Of a stretch of 45,459 bases of DNA, positions 9,618 to 19,275 are shown one piece after another. Origin of the DNA: Flavobacteriales bacterium (GTDB lineage: Bacteria; Bacteroidota; Bacteroidia; Flavobacteriales_D; CAJJDF01); assembly GCA_023255335.1 (NCBI GenBank), contig JALRIS010000156.1, positions 1-45,459 on the forward strand, written 5' to 3'. The notes under the pieces were generated by a model. The model had not been told where the DNA came from, did not search any database, and saw only the letters and a program-made list of their open reading frames with translations. The number at the start of each line of letters is the position of its first letter. Within the stretch, counting starts at the first letter, position 1. The position numbers and the translations under genes were made by a program.

Positions 9618-9986
9618 GTGATTATGTTATTTGTGGCAATTTTTCTTGGAGGAGGATTAGGGAGCGTTACTCGATATGGAGTCTCTCAATTTTCTTCACC
9701 AAACTTTCCTTTTGGAACGCTCATAGCGAATGTTTTGGCTTGCCTTATTATGGGGCTTACTATTTATTCCTTGTCGGATAAAATTGAAGCAAATTCCTTT
9801 CTACGCGCGTTTGTTGTGATCGGATTTTGTGGAGGATTCAGTACCTTTTCTACCTTCAGTTATGAAACCTTTGAGCTATTCAAGAATGGAAATATTGGAG
9901 TTGCAGTGTTCAACATTCTTATTAATATTGCCTTCTGCTTGTTGGTTTTCTATCTTTTCAAAAACTCATTATTTATCTCGGAATGA
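9618..9986 (+). CDS. crcB: fluoride channel CrcB/FluC
   Basis: GGGLGSVTRY and GFCGGFSTFSTFSYE motifs, four hydrophobic helices. The stop overlaps the next start (ATGA at 9983-9986). Confidence 0.9.
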   Translation: MIMLFVAIFLGGGLGSVTRYGVSQFSSPNFPFGTLIANVLACLIMGLTIYSLSDKIEANSFLRAFVVIGFCGGFSTFSTFSYETFELFKNGNIGVAVFNILINIAFCLLVFYLFKNSLFISE

Positions 9987-11359
9987 ACACAAAAAAAACC
10001 ATTCATTTTATCGCCATTGGGGGCAGTGCCATGCACAACTTAGCCATAGCGTTACACCTTTCAGGAAACGTGATTTCAGGATCAGATGACGAAGTCTTCA
10101 ATCCCTCAAAAGGGCGATTAGAGAAATATGGATTGCTACCAAAAAAAATGGGGTGGGATGACTCTCGAGTTACCGAAGATATTGAGGTCGTAATATTAGG
10201 AATGCACGCAAGGAAAGACAATCCGGAGCTAATAAAAGCGCAAAAATTAGGCTTGCCAATTTTCTCTTACCCAGAATATATTTATGAGGCAACCAAGGAG
10301 AAAACTAGAGTGGTTATTGGTGGAAGCCACGGAAAAACCACAATTACCTCCATGATTTTGCACGTGCTAAATTTTCACAACCGCGAAAACGATTACATGG
10401 TGGGAGCTCAATTGGAAGGGTTCGAAGTTATGGTAAAACTAAGCGATACCGCCCCATTAGCCGTACTCGAAGGAGATGAATATCTGTCTTCGCCCATTGA
10501 CCGAAGACCAAAATTTCATTTATACCAACCCCATATAGCACTGCTCACAGGAATTGCTTGGGACCACATTAATGTGTTTCCCACAGTTGAAAACTATTGT
10601 GAACAGTTTGAAATTTTTATCAATAAAATAGAGGAAGGCGGGAGCCTAGTGTATTTTTCTGGCGACCCAGAAATTCAAAAGCTAGTATCAAATTCTACCC
10701 GAAATATCCAATTTATCCCCTATTCCACACCTCAATTTTCTATACAGAATGGAATCACAACGTTAACCACAACAGAAGGAAATTATCCTCTAAACATTTT
10801 TGGCGAACACAACTTACAAAACCTCAACGGAGCAAGGCTGGTATGTCAAGAAATAGGAATTTCTGCTAATGAATTTTACACGGCCATTCAATCCTTTTCT
10901 GGCGCATCCAAACGGTTAGAAACCGTGGCGAAAAATGAGGTGACACACATTCTCAAAGATTTTGCACATTCTCCTTCTAAGCTCCAAGCTACTACTCAGG
11001 CCGTAAAAAACCAATATCCCGACAGGCAGTTAATTGCGTGTATTGAGTTACATACTTTTAGTAGCTTGAATCAAGAGTTCTTAACCCAATACAAAAACAC
11101 GATGCTAGCGGCAGACCAAGCATTTGTGTACTTCAGCCCTAAAGCTATTGAGCATAAAAAATTAGCCATGCTGAGCGAAAAAGACGTAAAAAATGCATTT
11201 TTTAGCGAAAATGTGACTGTTTTTACAAATTCTGATGAATTAATGAAAACCGTAAAAAGTATTAATTTTGAAAATAAGAACTTATTACTAATGAGCTCCG
11301 GAAATTTTGATGGAGTGGATTTTGAGGAGCTTGGGAGCGAGATATTGAAAACCAAATGA
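9983..11359 (+). CDS. mpl: Mur ligase family protein, Mpl-like (UDP-N-acetylmuramate:L-Ala-D-Glu-meso-DAP ligase)
   Basis: N-terminal IHFIAIGGSAMHNLAIAL...GSDD and Mur-ligase P-loop GGSHGKTTITSM. Overall layout resembles Mpl/MurC. Confidence 0.7.
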   Translation: MNTKKTIHFIAIGGSAMHNLAIALHLSGNVISGSDDEVFNPSKGRLEKYGLLPKKMGWDDSRVTEDIEVVILGMHARKDNPELIKAQKLGLPIFSYPEYIYEATKEKTRVVIGGSHGKTTITSMILHVLNFHNRENDYMVGAQLEGFEVMVKLSDTAPLAVLEGDEYLSSPIDRRPKFHLYQPHIALLTGIAWDHINVFPTVENYCEQFEIFINKIEEGGSLVYFSGDPEIQKLVSNSTRNIQFIPYSTPQFSIQNGITTLTTTEGNYPLNIFGEHNLQNLNGARLVCQEIGISANEFYTAIQSFSGASKRLETVAKNEVTHILKDFAHSPSKLQATTQAVKNQYPDRQLIACIELHTFSSLNQEFLTQYKNTMLAADQAFVYFSPKAIEHKKLAMLSEKDVKNAFFSENVTVFTNSDELMKTVKSINFENKNLLLMSSGNFDGVDFEELGSEILKTK

Positions 11360-12618
11360 AAAATATACTTCTTTTACTTACCGTCCTCTTAATTGGAATA
11401 ACTTCTTTTTCGCAAAAAGAACTTGCAAAGTCATTGATCGACACATTAGCGTCTGATGAATTTTATGGGAGAGGATATGTTAACAATGGAGACAAAATTG
11501 CTGCAGAGTTCATCGCCAAAAAGTTCAAAGAGTATGGAGCATTGCCCATAAAAGGTGGCTCGTATTTTCAAGAATACGCATACCCTGTCAACACTTTTCC
11601 AAAAAAAGTGGAAATAACTTTTGGGGATAATACACTAACAACTGGACAAGACTTTATTATTTCGCCCAACTCAGGGTCGGCAGAAGGTGTTTTTTCCTTA
11701 AAACAAGTAACTTATGAAAACTATCAAGACGAAATTGCCAGAGATGATTTACAAAATGATGGCAACAAAATTGCCTATGTCATCGACCTGCCAAAATCTA
11801 GCAACAGAGACGAATATATCAGTCAACTAAAGTGTAAAACTATCATTGCCGAGGTAGCACCTCTTTTTGTATTGAATGAAGGGAAATTCACATGGTCAGT
11901 GGCACAAGAATCGCTTAATTTTCCAATCATTGAAATTCACCCGAAACATCTACGAGGAAAATCGGAGGTTACCATCAACATAGAAAACAAGTTCATTGAA
12001 CGATACAACACTCAAAATGTACTTGGTTATATTCCCAGTAAAAGGAAATGCAGAAGAGACAAGTTTTTTGTGTTTACTGCACATTATGACCACTTGGGGA
12101 TGATGGGACAAACAGCTACATTTAATGGAGCCAACGACAATGCCAGTGGAGTAGCCATGATGCTGACTTTGATGAAATATTTCTCAGAACACAAACCGAA
12201 ATACTCTGTCTTATTCATTGGATTTGGGGGAGAGGAAGCTGGGCTCATTGGTTCTCAGTATTATGTGAAGTACCCCGTTGTTCCTTTAGAAAAAATGAAA
12301 TTCCTACTAAATGTAGATTTAATGGGAACTGGGTCTGAAGGTATTCAGGTTGTGAATTCTACAGAACATCCCAAAGAATTTGAAACACTGAAAAAAATAA
12401 ACCAGAAAGAAAACTTGATAAAGGCGATTAAGCCAAGAGGAAAAGCAGCAAATAGCGATCACTACTGGTTTGAAGAGGCAGGAGTTCCTTCTTTTTTTAT
12501 GTACACATTAGGAGGGGTAACTTATTACCATGATGTACTTGACAGGCCAGAAACTTTGCCACTTACAGAGTTTGACGATTTGCACAAGCTCATTGTAGAG
12601 TTTGTTAATTCGTTTTAG
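11356..12618 (+). CDS. M28 family metallopeptidase (secreted aminopeptidase-like)
   Basis: Signal peptide. HYDHLG, NDNASGVAMMLTL and GFGGEEAGLIGSQYY metal-ligand motifs. ATGA overlap with mpl. Confidence 0.85.
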   Translation: MKNILLLLTVLLIGITSFSQKELAKSLIDTLASDEFYGRGYVNNGDKIAAEFIAKKFKEYGALPIKGGSYFQEYAYPVNTFPKKVEITFGDNTLTTGQDFIISPNSGSAEGVFSLKQVTYENYQDEIARDDLQNDGNKIAYVIDLPKSSNRDEYISQLKCKTIIAEVAPLFVLNEGKFTWSVAQESLNFPIIEIHPKHLRGKSEVTINIENKFIERYNTQNVLGYIPSKRKCRRDKFFVFTAHYDHLGMMGQTATFNGANDNASGVAMMLTLMKYFSEHKPKYSVLFIGFGGEEAGLIGSQYYVKYPVVPLEKMKFLLNVDLMGTGSEGIQVVNSTEHPKEFETLKKINQKENLIKAIKPRGKAANSDHYWFEEAGVPSFFMYTLGGVTYYHDVLDRPETLPLTEFDDLHKLIVEFVNSF

Positions 12619-12720
12619 TTGGCTTTCGGACCTTCGAGCCCATAAGGGCGCAAAGAGATTATCTCGTTTTGCCTAATTACCAGAGTACTGAGTAAAAGTT
12701 TTATGCCGCAACTCACAAAT

Positions 12721-14160
12721 TTACCCCTTAGGAAACTTCAAAAAGAAAGAGGTTCCCACACCTACTTTACTTTCAAACCGAATAGAACCTCCATGATTCT
12801 TTATGATGTTTTTTACTATCGCCAATCCAAGGCCACTTCCCGATGATTTGGTTGTAAAATTAGGAGTAAATATTTTGTTGTATTGATCCGGTTCAATTCC
12901 CTTTCCGTTGTCTTTTATTTCTATCTCATAGTGCGTTTCATTCTCCGTTAAAAGTACCTGAACCACTCCTATTCTTCCTTCAGGGATGGCTTGAGAGGAA
13001 TTGGTCAGTAGGTTGTTGAATACTCGTATCAACTGGCTTTCATCTCCCTTTATCAAGGCATTCTCAATACCGTTTAATTCTTTCGCCACCTTTATATCTT
13101 TGTCGAAAGTACCTACGGTGTCGCGAATAATTAGCCGTAAATTTACTTCTGAAAGCGAGGTGGTGGGCATTTTTGCAAAACTCGAAAACTCATTGGCAAT
13201 TTCGGTAAGCACATCAATTTGAGTTATCATTTTTTGAGAAAAACGCGTCATTTTTTCCTTAAAATCAGGTGCATCTTGCTTGAGCGATTTCTCCAAAAAC
13301 TGTACATTCAATTTCATGGGTGTCAATGGGTTTTTAATCTCATGCGCCACCTGTTTGGCCATTTCTCGCCATGCCGTTTCTCTTTCAGATTCAGCCAGTA
13401 AATCTGCGCTCTGTTCCAATTCATCTACCATGGTGTTATATCGATGCACCAACTCACCTATCTCATCTTCATTCCTCCATACTAATTTCTCGTTCTTTTT
13501 ATTGATGGATACATTTTTCATTTTGTCCCCGATTAGTCTCAGCGACTTGGTTATGTTTTTGGACAAGAAAAAGGCAAAAATTCCCGTAGCAATGAGCAAA
13601 ATAATGTACAACTCTATCAAGGTTCTGTAAAATGAATTCGTCTCGATGCTACTGGTAGAAAAGTCATAATTGGGTACATTAAGAATTCCTATGTTCTCAC
13701 CAAATCGGTTCTTTAGTACCGAGTAAGTTGCCAAATTATGTTTGCTTTTTTGGTCTATATAAAATGAGTCACTTGCCGAGTAGATTTTTTTAAATATGTT
13801 GGACGGAATGCTGTCATTGGGGTTTAATTCCTGATCCAATGAGAGGAGAATTCTTCCCTTTGTGTTGTATATTTTGAGTTCCATTTCGTTTTCCTTCGAG
13901 AGCTCTTCTATTTTTTCGTAAAATTCTCTTGGTACGGAGTTCAAGTCTTTTTGAATGTCGTATTTATCGGTGAAGTACTTAATAGAATTAGCCACACGTT
14001 TCTCTTTCCTTTCGAGCCTACTCAAGTGATACTTCTCGTTTTGGTTTTTAAAAAAAACTGCGGTAAACAAAGCTATAGCCAAGGAAGAAATCAACACCAC
14101 AGCGAGCATTGCTACATAAATTCTGCGGGTCAACCCAAGGTTAAAAAGTGGTTTTTTCAT
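12721..14160 (-). CDS. sensor histidine kinase (two TM segments, HAMP, HisKA, HATPase; NtrY-like H box)
   Basis: H box AHEIKNPLTPM, N box NNLLTNSSQA, G1 IKDNGKGI, G2 GSGLGLAIVKNI. No response regulator is adjacent. Confidence 0.85.
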   Translation of the reverse strand: MKKPLFNLGLTRRIYVAMLAVVLISSLAIALFTAVFFKNQNEKYHLSRLERKEKRVANSIKYFTDKYDIQKDLNSVPREFYEKIEELSKENEMELKIYNTKGRILLSLDQELNPNDSIPSNIFKKIYSASDSFYIDQKSKHNLATYSVLKNRFGENIGILNVPNYDFSTSSIETNSFYRTLIELYIILLIATGIFAFFLSKNITKSLRLIGDKMKNVSINKKNEKLVWRNEDEIGELVHRYNTMVDELEQSADLLAESERETAWREMAKQVAHEIKNPLTPMKLNVQFLEKSLKQDAPDFKEKMTRFSQKMITQIDVLTEIANEFSSFAKMPTTSLSEVNLRLIIRDTVGTFDKDIKVAKELNGIENALIKGDESQLIRVFNNLLTNSSQAIPEGRIGVVQVLLTENETHYEIEIKDNGKGIEPDQYNKIFTPNFTTKSSGSGLGLAIVKNIIKNHGGSIRFESKVGVGTSFFLKFPKG

Positions 14161-14172
14161 GGTGTGTAGTTA

Positions 14173-14451
14173 TCAAATATTATTCCCTTTTTTTAAATAG
14201 GCTTTTATCTTATTGTTCCTAGTTTCTAAAAATCGTTTCATGTAAGATTTTAAAAAAAGGTTGTCTGCCAATTTTCCCAAAATACCGAACGGAGATTCGT
14301 AATCAAACACCTCGTACATTTTGGTTTTACCCTCAATCGCTTTTTCATCTGTATTCATTGCCGATAATTCGTGAAGGTCAATGTTTCTATTCGCGTCAAA
14401 TACCACTTGAATAGGGGCGTCATATTCCGTAGTAAGTTCTATTTTAGGCAT
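14173..14451 (-). CDS. SRPBCC-like small protein, apparently shortened by an internal in-frame deletion
   Basis: The N-terminal [19 protein letters not shown]...DLHELS and C-terminal [31 protein letters not shown] resemble the two ends of ~140-150 aa SRPBCC proteins of Bacteroidota as I recall them. The central beta-sheet part seems absent (92 aa total). Confidence 0.5.
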   Translation of the reverse strand: MPKIELTTEYDAPIQVVFDANRNIDLHELSAMNTDEKAIEGKTKMYEVFDYESPFGILGKLADNLFLKSYMKRFLETRNNKIKAYLKKGNNI

Positions 14452-14567
14452 TTTTTTTCAATTCTTTTCAAGAAATTAAATATAGGTATTTGAGGTTCAT
14501 TCTTCCCGATTTGGATAAAATTGTTTTAAATTTGAAATCGAAATCACAAGGAAACAACCCTGCATTT

Positions 14568-16109
14568 ATGAAAAACAAAATAGCTCAACTCAACGAAAAA
14601 AAAGCGGAAGCCCTTTTGGGAGGAGGAAAGGAACGAATAGAAAAGCAACACCAAAAAGGAAAGCTCACCGCCCGTGAAAGAATTCACTTTTTGTTGGATG
14701 AAGGGTCTTTTGAAGAAATTGGAATGTTTGTGACTCATCGTTCTACAAATTTCGGACTAGACAAAACCAAGTTTCTAGGTGATGGAGTTGTAACTGGATA
14801 CGGAACAATTGAAGGGCGTGCAGTGTACGTTTTTTCCCAAGATTTTACGGTTTTAGGAGGTTCACTTGCCGAGGCACACGCCCAAAAAATTTGTCGAATC
14901 ATGGATTTGGCAATGGAAAATGGAGCTCCAGTGATTGGCCTAAACGATTCGGGCGGAGCTCGAATCCAAGAGGGAGTAGTTTCCTTAGGTGGATATGCCG
15001 ATATTTTTTATAAAAATACCTTGGCCAGTGGGGTAATTCCACAATTATCCGCAATAATGGGTCCATGCGCAGGAGGAGCAGTATACTCTCCTGCCCTTAC
15101 CGATTTTATTTTCATGGTCGAAAATTCCTCATACATGTTTGTCACAGGACCTAATGTGGTAAAAACAGTGACACACGAAGAAGTTACGTCCGAAGAACTT
15201 GGAGGAGCAAGTACCCACTCTACAAAATCTGGTGTTACTCATTTCACAAGCGAAAATGAATTGGCTTGTATTCAAGGATTGAAAACATTGATGAGATACA
15301 TACCGCAAAACTGTGAAGAAGAATCTCCGCAGTACGCCTACGAACCAAGTGACGAAACTAGACCTTCCTTGAATGAAATAATTCCTCAAAACCCAAATCA
15401 GCCTTACGACATCAAAGAAGTTATTTCGGCTACCTTGGACAAAGACACGTTTTTTGAAGTACATAAAGACTATGCCGAAAATATTGTGGTAGGATTTGGA
15501 CTTTTGGGAGGAAAAAGTATCGGGATAGTAGCCAATCAACCCGCATTTTTGGCTGGAGTATTGGACAACAAAGCCTCAGAGAAAGCAGCTAGATTTGTGA
15601 GATATTGTGATTGTTTTAATATTCCTCTTTTGGTATTTGAAGATGTGCCAGGGTTCTTGCCAGGAACAGACCAAGAGTGGAATGGAATTATCAAAAACGG
15701 AGCGAAATTGCTGTATGCTTTCTGCGAAGCTACAGTGCCAAGAATTACGGTAATTACCCGTAAAGCCTACGGTGGAGCCTATGATGTAATGAACTCGAAA
15801 CATATTGGAGCCGACATGAATTACGCTTGGCCAAGCGCAGAAATAGCTGTTATGGGAGCCAAAGGCGCATCAGAAATTATTTTTAAACGAGAAATCTCCT
15901 CAGCCGAAAATCCCGAAGCTAAATGGCAAGAGAAAGAGGCAGAGTACGCGGAATTATTTGCAAACCCATACAATGCTGCTGCACGTGGATATGTAGACGA
16001 AGTAATTGAGCCTCAGCACACACGAGAAAAGCTTATCAAGGCGTTTGGCATGTTGAAAAACAAAGCAGTAAAACTACCGAAAAAGAAACACGGCAATATT
16101 CCAATGTAA
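14568..16109 (+). CDS. acyl-CoA carboxylase carboxyltransferase (beta) subunit, propionyl-CoA carboxylase / methylmalonyl-CoA decarboxylase type
   Basis: Carboxyltransferase motifs [25 protein letters not shown] and [13 protein letters not shown] 14568 ([12 protein letters not shown]...) is preferred over the upstream TTG at 14490. Confidence 0.9.
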   Translation: MKNKIAQLNEKKAEALLGGGKERIEKQHQKGKLTARERIHFLLDEGSFEEIGMFVTHRSTNFGLDKTKFLGDGVVTGYGTIEGRAVYVFSQDFTVLGGSLAEAHAQKICRIMDLAMENGAPVIGLNDSGGARIQEGVVSLGGYADIFYKNTLASGVIPQLSAIMGPCAGGAVYSPALTDFIFMVENSSYMFVTGPNVVKTVTHEEVTSEELGGASTHSTKSGVTHFTSENELACIQGLKTLMRYIPQNCEEESPQYAYEPSDETRPSLNEIIPQNPNQPYDIKEVISATLDKDTFFEVHKDYAENIVVGFGLLGGKSIGIVANQPAFLAGVLDNKASEKAARFVRYCDCFNIPLLVFEDVPGFLPGTDQEWNGIIKNGAKLLYAFCEATVPRITVITRKAYGGAYDVMNSKHIGADMNYAWPSAEIAVMGAKGASEIIFKREISSAENPEAKWQEKEAEYAELFANPYNAAARGYVDEVIEPQHTREKLIKAFGMLKNKAVKLPKKKHGNIPM

Positions 16110-16118
16110 CAAACTACC

Positions 16119-16631
16119 ATGTGGAAATTTAACTCCCCTCTGCAAAATTTTGATGCTTACAACGTTTGGGGAGGTCATGTAGTGGTGGATGATGAAATTG
16201 TTCAAAATATTAAAAACAACCATATTGGTAGGCTTATTTGTACAGTCAACGGAAAAGTTAAAACCCATTGTGCACTTCTTTCGAAGGGCGATGGAACTTA
16301 CTATGTAATGGTAAATAAAACTACCCAAAAGGCACTCGGAATAAGAGTGGGTGAACAGCTGACAATATCCTTGGAGGAAGACAACAGTGCATATGGGATA
16401 CCTCTGCCAGAAGAAATGGAAGAAATAATGGCGCAAGACCCAGAAATAGATCAACTCTTTCACTCTTTATCACCAGGAAAACAGCGTAGTCTGCTCTATA
16501 TTATTGGTAAACCAAAAACCTCGGACTCTCGAATAAAAAAAGCCGTACTCATTAGTAGATACCTCACAGAAGTCAATGGTAATATTGATTTTGCTGAAAT
16601 GAATGAATTTATAAAATCAAACAAATTATAA
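16119..16631 (+). CDS. YdeI/OmpD-associated family protein (DUF1905 plus YdeI C-terminal region)
   Basis: N-terminal beta-rich GRLICTVNGKVKTHCALL...YYVMVNK and C-terminal LSPGKQRSLLYIIGKPKTSDSRIKK pattern. Confidence 0.65.
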   Translation: MWKFNSPLQNFDAYNVWGGHVVVDDEIVQNIKNNHIGRLICTVNGKVKTHCALLSKGDGTYYVMVNKTTQKALGIRVGEQLTISLEEDNSAYGIPLPEEMEEIMAQDPEIDQLFHSLSPGKQRSLLYIIGKPKTSDSRIKKAVLISRYLTEVNGNIDFAEMNEFIKSNKL

Positions 16632-16635
16632 TCAC

Positions 16636-16911
16636 ATGACATTAATTTTTAGAATCACCGCTTTTCTTGAAGGAATTTCTTATTTACTCTTATTGGGTGT
16701 TGGAGTTCCGCTGAAATATCTCGCCAATGATGATTCTTGGGTAAAAGGACTTGGTATGCCTCACGGAATTTTATTTGTTGGGTACTTGGTGTTCGCACTA
16801 GTGATAAAAGACGAACAAAAATGGACAACCAGAGAGTTTCTTCTTGTTGGTTTGGCATCGGTTGTGCCTTTTGGAACCTTTGGGGTAGAAAAAAAATACC
16901 TGAGAAAATAG
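16636..16911 (+). CDS. DUF3817 domain-containing membrane protein
   Basis: 91 aa with three hydrophobic helices. FRITAFLEGISYLLLL...PLKY...GMPHGILFVGY pattern. Confidence 0.65.
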   Translation: MTLIFRITAFLEGISYLLLLGVGVPLKYLANDDSWVKGLGMPHGILFVGYLVFALVIKDEQKWTTREFLLVGLASVVPFGTFGVEKKYLRK

Positions 16912-16983
16912 GGCAACTAACTGAAAACGTGATAACTCAATAATTCTACTTATATTTATGTTATTCTAACTATTCAACATGAA

Positions 16984-17283
16984 TTGAAAAAAGTTCCTAT
17001 TACCTTATATATTTTGTCCTCATTTGTTGGAGTTTCTCAGTATTACGATACTTCAGCCATGCGAATAATTGATCAAGCCACTTCTGCTTGCGAAGGTGAC
17101 ATGTACTTGGATACCGTAAATAACGTGTACCGCATTGGATTGACCAACGGAAAATTAGGATATATCTCAAAGTCAAATGTCATTGATTCTGTGACCATTC
17201 ACAACGATAGTCTCTTAGTCCTTCATTATTTCGATGGAAATAAAGATACTGTCAATATTTCTCATGTCTTAACAAATAGTTGA
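16984..17283 (+). CDS. hypothetical small secreted protein
   Basis: 99-aa ORF with a TTG start and signal-like MKKVPITLYILSSFVGVSQ. No recognisable domain. Coding status is uncertain. Confidence 0.4.
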   Translation: MKKVPITLYILSSFVGVSQYYDTSAMRIIDQATSACEGDMYLDTVNNVYRIGLTNGKLGYISKSNVIDSVTIHNDSLLVLHYFDGNKDTVNISHVLTNS

Positions 17284-17368
17284 AAACCGCTTCGGTTTCG
17301 GGAGAGGTTGCATTTCTGAAGGAATTCCACTTCAAGATGCTTTTTTCACATTTAAGGCTGCTCCTTAA

Positions 17369-18907
17369 TTACCCTGCCCAATTTTCTCTATCCAAACTTC
17401 GGTACTGAATAGCTTCTGCAATGTGGTTGGCCTCAATATTTTTGCTTCCTGCCAAATCTGCTATGGTTCTTGATACTTTCAAAATCCTATCGTAAGCTCT
17501 AGCAGACAATCCCAATCGATCCATTGCGGTTTTCAAAAGTGCAATTGAAGCAGCATCAATCTGACATACTTCCCGCAGTTTTTTTGATTCCATTTGGGCA
17601 TTGGCAAACACATTCTCAGTTTCCTCAAACCTCTTCTCCTGAACCTCCCTAGCTGCAATTACTCTTTCTCGTATTGAAGTTGAGTTTTCTGTGTTTTCTG
17701 TACTAGCCAACTCATCAAAATTTACGGGTGTAACTTCCACATGCAAATCGATTCTATCCAGCAACGGTCCTGAAATTTTATTCAAGTATTTTTGAACCAC
17801 TCCTGGCGAACACACACAATCTTTTTCTGGGTGATTGTAATAGCCACACGGGCAAGGATTCATGGCAGCAACTAACATAAAACTAGCTGGATAATCTACG
17901 GTGAATTTAGCTCTAGAAATGGTTACTTTTCTATCTTCGAGAGGTTGTCGCATTACTTCTAATACGGTACGTTTATATTCGGGCAATTCATCCAAAAACA
18001 ATACCCCATTGTGTGCCAAAGAAATTTCTCCAGGCTGAGGAAAAGCACCGCCACCAACTAAGGCTACATCTGATATGGTGTGATGTGGTTTTCTAAATGG
18101 TCGGGAGGACATAAGGGCTTCGTTAGAATCTAAACTACCAGTTACAGAATGAATTTTTGTAGTTTCAAGTGATTCTTGAAGTGTAAATGGCGGCAAAATA
18201 GTAGGCAATCGCTTTGCTAACATACTTTTTCCTGCCCCCGGAGGACCAATCAAAATAATATTGTGCCCACCTGCAGCCGCAATCTCAAAAGCACGCTTTA
18301 TATTCTGTTGTCCTTTTACATCTTTAAAGTCCAATTCACTCGACATGAGTTTGTTATAAAATTCTTCCCTCGTATTTACAACCGTTTTTTCTAGTTGTTT
18401 CACTTCATTAAAAAAATCTATCACGTCTTTGATATTTTCTACCCCATACACATCCAGTTCATCTACAATAGCCGCTTCGCGTGCGTTTTGCTTTGGCAGA
18501 ATAATTCCTTTTAATCCATGTTTACGAGCCTCAATTGCTATGGGCAAAACTCCTTTCAACGGCTGCAGACTTCCGTCTAAGGAAAGTTCTCCCATAATTA
18601 AGTAGTCGCCCACGTTATCGAATTGAATTTGCTCTGTAGCAGCCAATATTCCAATTGCCAAAGTAAGATCATATGCCGAGCCTTCTTTACGAATATCGGC
18701 TGGTGCCATGTTCACGGTTATTTCTTTCACAGGAATTTTGTATCCGTTGTTCTTTAATGCAGCTTGAATCCTTTGCTGGCTTTCTTTTACTGCACTGTCC
18801 GGTAATCCCACAAGAAAAAAATTGACTCCATTACTGATGTTTACTTCCACAGTAATGATAGTGGCTTCTATGCCAAAAACGGCACATCCATAGGTTTTTA
18901 CTAGCAT
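17369..18907 (-). CDS. comM: YifB/ComM family Mg-chelatase-like AAA+ ATPase
   Basis: Walker A GPPGAGKSMLAKRLP, Walker B GVLFLDELPE, N-terminal Lon/ChlI-like domain, Cys cluster NPCPCGYY...CVC. Confidence 0.9.
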   Translation of the reverse strand: MLVKTYGCAVFGIEATIITVEVNISNGVNFFLVGLPDSAVKESQQRIQAALKNNGYKIPVKEITVNMAPADIRKEGSAYDLTLAIGILAATEQIQFDNVGDYLIMGELSLDGSLQPLKGVLPIAIEARKHGLKGIILPKQNAREAAIVDELDVYGVENIKDVIDFFNEVKQLEKTVVNTREEFYNKLMSSELDFKDVKGQQNIKRAFEIAAAGGHNIILIGPPGAGKSMLAKRLPTILPPFTLQESLETTKIHSVTGSLDSNEALMSSRPFRKPHHTISDVALVGGGAFPQPGEISLAHNGVLFLDELPEYKRTVLEVMRQPLEDRKVTISRAKFTVDYPASFMLVAAMNPCPCGYYNHPEKDCVCSPGVVQKYLNKISGPLLDRIDLHVEVTPVNFDELASTENTENSTSIRERVIAAREVQEKRFEETENVFANAQMESKKLREVCQIDAASIALLKTAMDRLGLSARAYDRILKVSRTIADLAGSKNIEANHIAEAIQYRSLDRENWAG

Positions 18908-18942
18908 AAGTTTAATTTCGGTTATCTAACAAGATACAGAAA

Positions 18943-19254
18943 TTAATTCAAACCTAAAACTCGATTATAGCTGATTTCTAGTGCGATTAGTTTTCTTATT
19001 CTTTCAAGTTCCTTCCTTTCGGGTGAAGGCCCCTTCAAATATAGTTTGCTCGTTCCATAAAAAATAACTGCTACAAAACCAATAGCTCCATACAAAGCGA
19101 TAAATACAAGGTATTCAAAAAAGCTCTCCCAAGAAATTGAATCCATTAAGAAGAAAACCGTGAGCATAACTATACCCACTAACGACACTATTCCAAATGC
19201 AACAGAGCATACAAAATAAATTCCTCCCCTTATTTTATACTGATTCGATTTCAA
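18943..19254 (-). CDS. hypothetical membrane protein
   Basis: 103 aa with hydrophobic helices (IYFVCSVAFGIVSLVGIVMLTVFFL, LVFIALYGAIGFVAVIFY). No recognisable family. Confidence 0.5.
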   Translation of the reverse strand: MKSNQYKIRGGIYFVCSVAFGIVSLVGIVMLTVFFLMDSISWESFFEYLVFIALYGAIGFVAVIFYGTSKLYLKGPSPERKELERIRKLIALEISYNRVLGLN

Positions 19255-19275
19255 AAAATAAAGAAACTATGTTAG

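Noticed and set aside
17284-17347. Two small hairpins (AAACCG-CTT-CGGTTT, and the imperfect GCATTTCTGAAGG...CTTCAAGATGC followed by T6) as a bidirectional terminator between the small ORF and comM
   Set aside because: The stems are short or imperfect, and only the second is followed by a T tract. This is plausible but too weak to list as a feature.
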